DNA of 64,000 bases, from the NCBI GenBank assembly GCA_002269645.1, contig NIVC01001621.1, forward strand, positions 14,320-78,319, written 5' to 3'. The first letter of the stretch is position 1. The number at the start of each line of letters is the position of its first letter. A model generated the notes under the pieces. It was given only the letters and a program-made list of their open reading frames with translations. It did not search any database and had not been told where the DNA came from. This document shows positions 60,801 through 64,000 of this stretch, piece by piece. Both the position numbers and the translations under genes were made by a program. Source of the stretch: Macrostomum lignano. Its lineage: Eukaryota.

Positions 60801-63800
60801 TGAGCTTGTGAAGACTTGAGCTTGTGAAGACTTGAGCTTGTGAAGACTTGAGCTTGTGAAGAATCGAGCTTGTGAAGACTTGAGCTTGTGAAGAATCGAG
60901 CTTGTGAAGAATCGAGCTTGTGAAGAATCGAGCTTGTGAAGAATCGAGCTTGTGAAGAGTCGAGCTTGTGAAGAATCGAGCTTGTGAAGAACCGAGCTTG
61001 TGAAAAACAGAGCTTGTGAAAATTTAATTCGGTGATTTAGTGTCTGACAATTCACTTTTCGACGATTGTTGAATTTTCAAATTATGAAATTCATTCATAA
61101 GGCGTTTAAGAGTGGGATACGCTTTAAAAGCTACATATATACACAGTAAAAAAGAAATCAATCAGTATCACACCTGATAGCCAAGTATAGTCCTCAAACG
61201 AGCAATTTTATCAGGCCGCTTGATGGTGTCGAAATTCTCGTCTAGCGGCACCCGTTGAGCGCGCAGAATGCGAAATAGTTGAGGCGGCATAACGCCCGGC
61301 TGAATAACAGCCCGAGTCTTGGCGTCCAGCAGGTTCCCGTTGCGGTCAATAACGAAGCCGAAGAAGGTGAAAGACATCCGGTCGTGATTGAAAAGAACAT
61401 AAGGGTGCACCTCGTGCTCCCAGCGACGCTTCAGATTATACTGCTGCAGCAGCTGCTCAGCTGAGCCGCTTGCCACTGCTGCCGGCGCTGATGACTGGGC
61501 ATCGCGACCGCCAGATTCGTCCGATATGTTTAACGACCTTGGAGAGAAAATTGCAAACAGTGAGAATGGTACCAATACCAATCATCATGACTATTACACA
61601 GGGCATACAGTGGCCTAATTATTTTTTAATCAACAGTGTACCAGATAGTATCGACAAAATGGGCGAGCCCGAGTGTACAAAATGGGCGAGCCCGAGTCGA
61701 CAAAATGGGCGAGCCCGAGTGTACAAAATGGGCGAGCCCCCGAGTCGACAAAATGGGCGAGCCCGAGTGTACGAAATGGGCGAGCCCGAGTGTACAAAAT
61801 GGGCGAGCCCGAGTGTACAATTGGCTAGCCCGAGTGTACAAAATGGGCGAGCCCGAGTGTACAAAATGGGCGAGCCCCCGAGTCGACAAAATGGGCGAGC
61901 CCGAGTGTACGAAATGGGCGAGCCCGAGTGTACAAAATGGGCGAGCCCGAGTGTACAATTGGCTAGCCCGAGTGTACAAAATGGGCGAGCCCGAGTGTAC
62001 AAAATGGGCGAGCCCCCGAGTCTCGAAAGGGGTTGATCGCTTGTATACATGCATATTTAAATACAATTAACAATCTCACCTAGTAGCAAAATCTTTCGAC
62101 ATGAGCAGCATACACCGAACAATAAATTCCCTAAAGCCCGGCAAATCGTCCTTCATCACTTCGCTACAGAACACTGAATTGTCGCAGTCTTCCATTTGTT
62201 TATTGAAAAATTTGGCAAAGTTGATCAATTCCTGCCAAGCAGGCGCAGTCAGACCGCAGTGCTTCAACAGAGCGGCCAGAATCTCGACAGGTTGATCCAT
62301 CACGCCGGATGCCAGTGGTGGCGGCGAATTCAATCCACGGTCGAAGCAATCCAGCGCCAATGCGGGCCGGCGCATCCAGCCCTGCTTGAAATTCTCCGTA
62401 TCATACAGCGGCTCCCAGGGTGAATTGTAGCTAGCAGCATCGCCTGACTCATCTCTGATGCGCTGCAATCGTTGCAGAGCTTCAACAGGCCCCAGACACC
62501 GGATTCTTGGCAGCATGGCGAGCACATGGAATTCATCCCGACAGAACAGATTCGGCGAATGCTCGACAAGGTACAGATCGCGCTGGTCTCGCCGCCACAC
62601 GCGGCCGGTGGAGTCGACAAGGCCGCCAAAGATGAACAGCTGAGTCAGACAGGCGTCTAGGCCAGTTTGCACCTCGCGGGCTAGGTCCAGGTGAAACACC
62701 TGGCCACAATAGGAGGTTCTAGCAGCTCCGGCAGCGGCATCGTCCAGTAGCTGATTGTCAACAAAGAAGCGAAACAGCTGGTCCGAAGGCAGATGGCTGT
62801 CGTGCCAGGCAAAGATTCTGGCTGCTGGCATCTGCCCTGCAGTTTAGCTTCGGCCATGCGTTGGCAGATTAGCGATTTGCCCATGCCAGACCTGTCTGAG
62901 TGGACTAGCACCACCTGTAGGATTAATATACAATCAGCTATTTAGTCAGCTTTGGGTCAAATAGTTCACTGGGTCAAATGGTTCACTGGGTCAAATGGTT
63001 CACTGGGTCAAATGGGTCACTGGGTCAAATAGTTCACTGGGTCAAATGGTTCACTGGGTCAAATGGGTCACTGGGTCAAATGGTTCACTGGGTCAAATGG
63101 GTCACTGGGTCAAATAGTTCACTGGGTCAAATGGTTCACTGGGTCAAATGGTTCACTGGGTCAAATGGGTCACTGGGTCATGGGTTACTGGGTCAAATGG
63201 TCCACTGGGTCAAATGAGTCACTGGGTTAAATGTGTTATATTTCATCAGTAGTATGAGATTGTAAATATTTTTGAGACCAAGATAAAAACTTTAATTTCA
63301 CGACAGCACCTTGGGGGATGCAATTAAAATGGAGAACATCTCGGCAGAAATTCTTGCAACAAGCCAAGAAAATCTTGCTCAAAACCATGAATAAAGTCTT
63401 CTCTGAAGATTTTCAAAGCGAAACACTGTCTATGGGCCAACCATCCTTGGGCGGGAACGTACGTGAAATATAGCTCCCGTGCAAGAGCAGAACGGTCACA
63501 TTTTTGGTACACTGCCTGTCACGCTTGTGACCGTTACGCTTGACTGTGATGTGACCGTCAGTTAATAATGTGACCGCCAACGGCGCTAATGTGACAATCA
63601 AATGTGACCGTCAAATAAACGGGCTCTCGTGTGACCGTCAATATGACGGTCCAATGAGAGAGCCAAATAAACTGTCACTATTGAGGGTCACAATGAAGGG
63701 TCAAATGTGATACCGTTGTTTGGGTGTCATAAAATGGTCACAAAACTGACTATCTGACCGTCCTACTTTTATACGGGTAAAGAGAGCAAAACAAATTTAC

Positions 63801-64000
63801 AGTAAAAGAAGCAGAAGCAGAGGCAGAATAGAACCGCAAGCTAAACAGAGAGCATACCGATCCAAGCTGGGCAGAGAAGCAGAGAATAATGGCCATCTAG
63901 AACATAATCTTGGCCCCACTACGAGTGCCTACCTGACTATTGGCGGGCTGTTGGCCACGAAGTCGATTTGACACCCAGCGGCAGAGCTCAGCACGATCCG
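32816..64000 (-). CDS. RNF213: RNF213/mysterin-like giant AAA+ ATPase/E3 ubiquitin ligase, 3' ~9.56 kb of CDS in 25 exons; 5' part outside window; two apparent frameshifts
   Basis: Motifs SDRSGMGKS, GETGCGKT/VLFFDE, AACNPYR, GKPGSSKS/VIILDEIGLAEDSPSMPLKTLHPLLEDG, SNWALDPAKMNRG, GSSFPRDQ, FPIPLINRMEKH, RING, and RZ finger CPNGH..CGRPM..CPDC..IGGSQH occur in RNF213 order. Intron phases join except at 47621/46535. Confidence 0.95.
34228..34721 (-). CDS. RNF213: RNF213-like penultimate exon (VWRYRQVVTVEH)
   Basis: Phase 0 to 2; ends LLPSR. Confidence 0.9.
35030..35500. repeat. 14-bp-based minisatellite
   Basis: GGGACTGAAGGACC / GGGACTGATGGACT. Confidence 0.9.
35578..36090 (-). CDS. RNF213: RNF213-like exon beginning at the RZ CGRPM cysteine
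   Basis: CCGCAG|CGRPMELATCPDCSAPIGGSQH...; 513 nt. Confidence 0.92.
36150..36365. repeat. 15-bp minisatellite in the intron splitting the RZ finger
   Basis: GTGTGACTGTCAGCA. Confidence 0.93.
36462..36496 (-). CDS. RNF213: RNF213-like 35-nt micro-exon encoding (F)CPNGHPYYIGN of the RZ finger
   Basis: TTTCAG|TT TGC CCA AAC GGT CAT CCA TAC TAT ATT GGA AAT|GTAAGT; phase 1 to 0 exactly bridges its neighbours. Confidence 0.92.
36606..36870 (-). CDS. RNF213: RNF213-like exon preceding the RZ finger (YYLPCMPHD)
   Basis: EIYEQRL...SAYYLPCMPHDQL...PTVY; GTGAGT donor, phase 1. Confidence 0.9.
36970..37098 (+). mobile_element. 5'-truncated SINE copy
   Basis: AAAATGGGTGCCAGCATTAGCTGGGGTAAT...GTCGGTTGCAC matches the SINE 3' half. 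Confidence 0.72.
37225..37377 (-). CDS. RNF213: RNF213-like exon (KIKLNKSDGH...MSKRAK)
   Basis: 153 nt; CCGCAG acceptor, GTAACT donor. Confidence 0.72.
37485..38147. mobile_element. Foldback hAT-like MITE family D
   Basis: CAAGGAC...GTCCTTG; arms are long inverted repeats; TSD AATCAAAC/AATCGAAC. Confidence 0.8.
38213..38458 (-). CDS. RNF213: RNF213-like exon (AWPRIYLLRCLCRRLG...YRKLRDA)
   Basis: 246 nt, phase 0-0. Confidence 0.85.
38535..38978. mobile_element. hAT-like MITE family A (TIR CACAGATACTAGAATAACTAG-like)
   Basis: Inverted termini; TSD GTTGCGTC/GTTGCATC. Confidence 0.8.
39114..39372 (-). CDS. RNF213: RNF213-like exon (MDPERRW...LADKHQ)
   Basis: Phase 2 to 0 fits neighbours. Confidence 0.78.
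39490..40400. repeat. Composite minisatellite (21-22-bp zone, then ~41-bp zone)
   Basis: CTCAAATGAGATTGTGTCCCAA then GAAACGGCGCCCCCATTCGAATGAAATAGCGCCCCCACAT. Confidence 0.92.
40407..40640 (-). CDS. RNF213: RNF213-like exon (VFRSYVLQLLL...LHCFED)
   Basis: Phase 2-2, GT-AG. Confidence 0.9.
40825..41690. repeat. 31-bp minisatellite
   Basis: GGGGAGTTGCTGAGATGCCAATTGGCTCAAT. Confidence 0.95.
41776..42105 (-). CDS. RNF213: RNF213-like RING exon
   Basis: CQLC..CGDHLCGRC..CPRC followed by FRNRCNAFLMDVVSRLCF. Confidence 0.92.
42887..44140 (+). mobile_element. Crypton-like (tyrosine-recombinase transposon) remnant; ORF 43255-43836
   Basis: SRFGEL..STLAREKWAMNVFQTW..ELTKNEINELLHFVFEVRKENGEKYPPGTL resembles the N-terminal domain of Crypton/DUF3504-associated proteins; subterminal hairpin 42909-43023; catalytic domain absent; no clear TSD. 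Confidence 0.7.
44156..44842 (-). mobile_element. Tc1/IS630-like deletion derivative with long TIRs; HTH ORF 44276-44629
   Basis: TA duplicated at 44154-55 and 44843-44; ~170-bp imperfect TIRs; paired-like HTH..PRGGR..HTH; no DDE domain. Confidence 0.85.
44968..45393. mobile_element. Non-autonomous TIR element with GGG termini and internal CGCCTAAATTTCA repeats (Merlin-like by ends)
   Basis: TIR GGGG.CGCTT.CATAAGACCTAAATTTCACAACGCC; duplication CTGAAATG (8 bp) versus the empty site in the 38535 copy. Confidence 0.7.
45744..45847 (-). CDS. RNF213: RNF213-like small exon (MLERENITF...RSKVMG); absent from ORF track
   Basis: TTTCAG acceptor, GTGAGT donor; 104 nt, phase 0 to 2, bridging into the RING exon. 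Confidence 0.82.
45880..46150. repeat. 29-33-bp minisatellite
   Basis: CCTTAGTTTATGACCCTCTTGATAATGCAG. Confidence 0.9.
46237..46535 (-). CDS. RNF213: RNF213-like exon (LNVPFIIQILF...WIAQVSNC...WDRVQCVAFFLRHV)
   Basis: CTCAG acceptor, GTGAGT donor. Confidence 0.8.
46635..47585. repeat. 21/24-bp G-rich minisatellite
   Basis: TTGAGGAGCGATTCTAATGGGGTA alternating with TGAGGGAGATTCTAGAGGGTA. Confidence 0.93.
47621..48391 (-). CDS. RNF213: RNF213-like exon (AFVDKEDNL...GAFPFAW...ETPCGRAL); frameshift between ~48010 and 48075; donor 47621 or 47617
   Basis: Two overlapping ORFs, 48007-48336 and 47549-48010, both resemble RNF213 E3-module sequence. Confidence 0.78.
48486..48633 (-). CDS. RNF213: RNF213-like small exon (DWLSFEAAKDENVTEAGTF); absent from ORF track
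   Basis: CGCAG acceptor, GTGAGG donor; phases 1 to 2 fit both neighbours. Confidence 0.82.
48741..48840. repeat. (TCAG)n microsatellite
   Basis: ~25 units abutting the donor at 48848. Confidence 0.95.
48849..49476 (-). CDS. RNF213: RNF213-like exon (VTTFDRLL...FDTEIQF...HLEEL)
   Basis: 628 nt, phase 0 to 1. Confidence 0.9.
49664..50344 (-). CDS. RNF213: RNF213-like exon (LYDVLNQYY...LGLGTHR...FPIPLINRMEKH)
   Basis: 681 nt, phase 0-0. Confidence 0.94.
51078..51561. mobile_element. Family D-related MITE (one long arm)
   Basis: CAAGGACTACTT...AGTAGTCCCTG; interior matches family D arm; TSD degenerate. Confidence 0.65.
51590..52171. mobile_element. hAT-like MITE family B, uninterrupted copy
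   Basis: Perfect 21-bp TIR CACAGATACTAGAATAACTAG; perfect TSD TACAATCC. Confidence 0.9.
52193..52588 (-). CDS. RNF213: RNF213-like exon (EFFGLRDFFSLVK...GSSFPRDQ)
   Basis: 396 nt, phase 0-0, GT-AG. Confidence 0.93.
52796..53487. mobile_element. Foldback hAT-like MITE family D
   Basis: CAAGGAG...GTCCTTG; TSD CTCTGGGG/CTTTGGGG; arms homologous to the 37485 copy. Confidence 0.8.
53627..53960 (-). CDS. RNF213: RNF213-like exon, Walker B VIILDE
   Basis: VIILDEIGLAEDSPSMPLKTLHPLLEDG...SNWALDPAKMNRG. Confidence 0.95.
54108..55290. repeat. GGCGCT-rich composite minisatellite (63-bp higher-order unit)
   Basis: GGCGCTAGATTGGCGCTAAAGCCTGGTCCAAAGCGCTAGTTGGCGCTAAAACCTATATTCTAT. Confidence 0.93.
55374..55700 (-). 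CDS. RNF213: RNF213-like exon, Walker A GKPGSSKS
   Basis: IAKNDALRENLFMMIVCIKLRIPLFVVGKPGSSKSLAK...SFQCSP. Confidence 0.95.
55790..56425. repeat. 54-bp minisatellite
   Basis: GGTTCTGGGCTTCTGTCTATGGCCAAAACCGCTAAATCTGAGCTTGATTTGATT, ~11-12 copies. Confidence 0.94.
56605..56921 (-). CDS. RNF213: RNF213-like exon (FVSLREVE)
   Basis: AFMRRINDETKFVSLREVEK...CYYSRL; phase 0 to 2. Confidence 0.92.
56990..58505. repeat. 15-bp minisatellite
   Basis: CACTCACTGGAATCC / CACTCAGTGAAATCC, ~95 copies. Confidence 0.96.
58651..59049 (-). CDS. RNF213: RNF213-like exon (AACNPYR, LVYRVKPLP)
   Basis: VNTTSAVGLIKEIMCD...VRFSQ; 399 nt. Confidence 0.94.
59125..59760. repeat. Family-B MITE relative whose interior is amplified as a ~62-66-bp tandem array
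   Basis: 59125-59340 matches 42363-42570; the unit GACGGACGAAA..GGGCAGGCCCAATCTAGCTCAGCCAATGAGAGAGCAGTA is repeated ~7 times. Confidence 0.8.
60094..60438 (-). CDS. RNF213: RNF213-like exon, Walker A GETGCGKT and Walker B LFFDE
   Basis: PDPSYELTLDNVKKMLAIVMRFRCGIPVVVMGETGCGKT; 345 nt, GT-AG. Confidence 0.95.
60690..61020. repeat. 15-bp minisatellite
   Basis: GAGCTTGTGAAGACT / GAGCTTGTGAAGAATC-type units. Confidence 0.92.
61174..61537 (-). CDS. RNF213: RNF213-like exon
   Basis: SLNISDE...RRWEHEVHPYVLFNHD...LRTILGYQ; phase 2 to 0. Confidence 0.92.
61655..62030. repeat. 23-bp minisatellite
   Basis: AAAATGGGCGAGCCCGAGTGTAC. Confidence 0.93.
62080..62914 (-). CDS. RNF213: RNF213-like exon, Walker A SDRSGMGKS with degenerate Walker B (VFHLD); frameshift near 62843
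   Basis: TACAG acceptor, GTGAGA donor; two overlapping ORFs 62681-62914 and 62076-62831. Confidence 0.88.
62950..63230. repeat. 17-bp minisatellite
   Basis: GGGTCAAATGGTTCACT. Confidence 0.93.
63933..64000 (-). CDS. RNF213: RNF213-like exon (partial, window edge)
   Basis: DRAELCRWVSNRLRGQQPANSQ|GTAGGC, phase 0 into the next exon. Confidence 0.6.

Noticed and set aside
499-62030. CRISPR-like appearance of 23-54-bp repeats
   Set aside because: Units are contiguous with no unique spacers, there are no cas genes, and the context is eukaryotic introns.

Overview
Eukaryotic (metazoan) genomic DNA with GC-rich exons, GT-AG introns and a very high minisatellite/MITE load. The style resembles a free-living flatworm such as Macrostomum, but that is inference only. 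Three spliced genes lie head-to-tail on the minus strand. (1) 64000->32816: the C-terminal ~3,200 aa (25 exons reconstructed by eye) of an RNF213/mysterin-like AAA+ ATPase/E3 ligase, with AAA Walker motifs, an atypical RING, an intact RZ finger split by a 35-nt micro-exon, and two apparent 1-nt frameshifts. (2) 29335->19049: a 3-exon aminergic GPCR most like alpha-1 adrenergic receptors. (3) 10515->110: the first five coding exons of liprin-alpha, continuing off the left edge. Introns and intergenic DNA hold many distinct minisatellites, hAT-like MITEs with 8-bp TSDs, P-element, piggyBac, Tc1-like and Crypton remnants, a tRNA-derived SINE family, and a five-element nested transposon stack just before the RING exon. 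No CRISPR array, rRNA or bona fide tRNA gene is supported. Most long ORFs in the supplied track are translations of tandem repeats. All coordinates were read manually and no database search was run.
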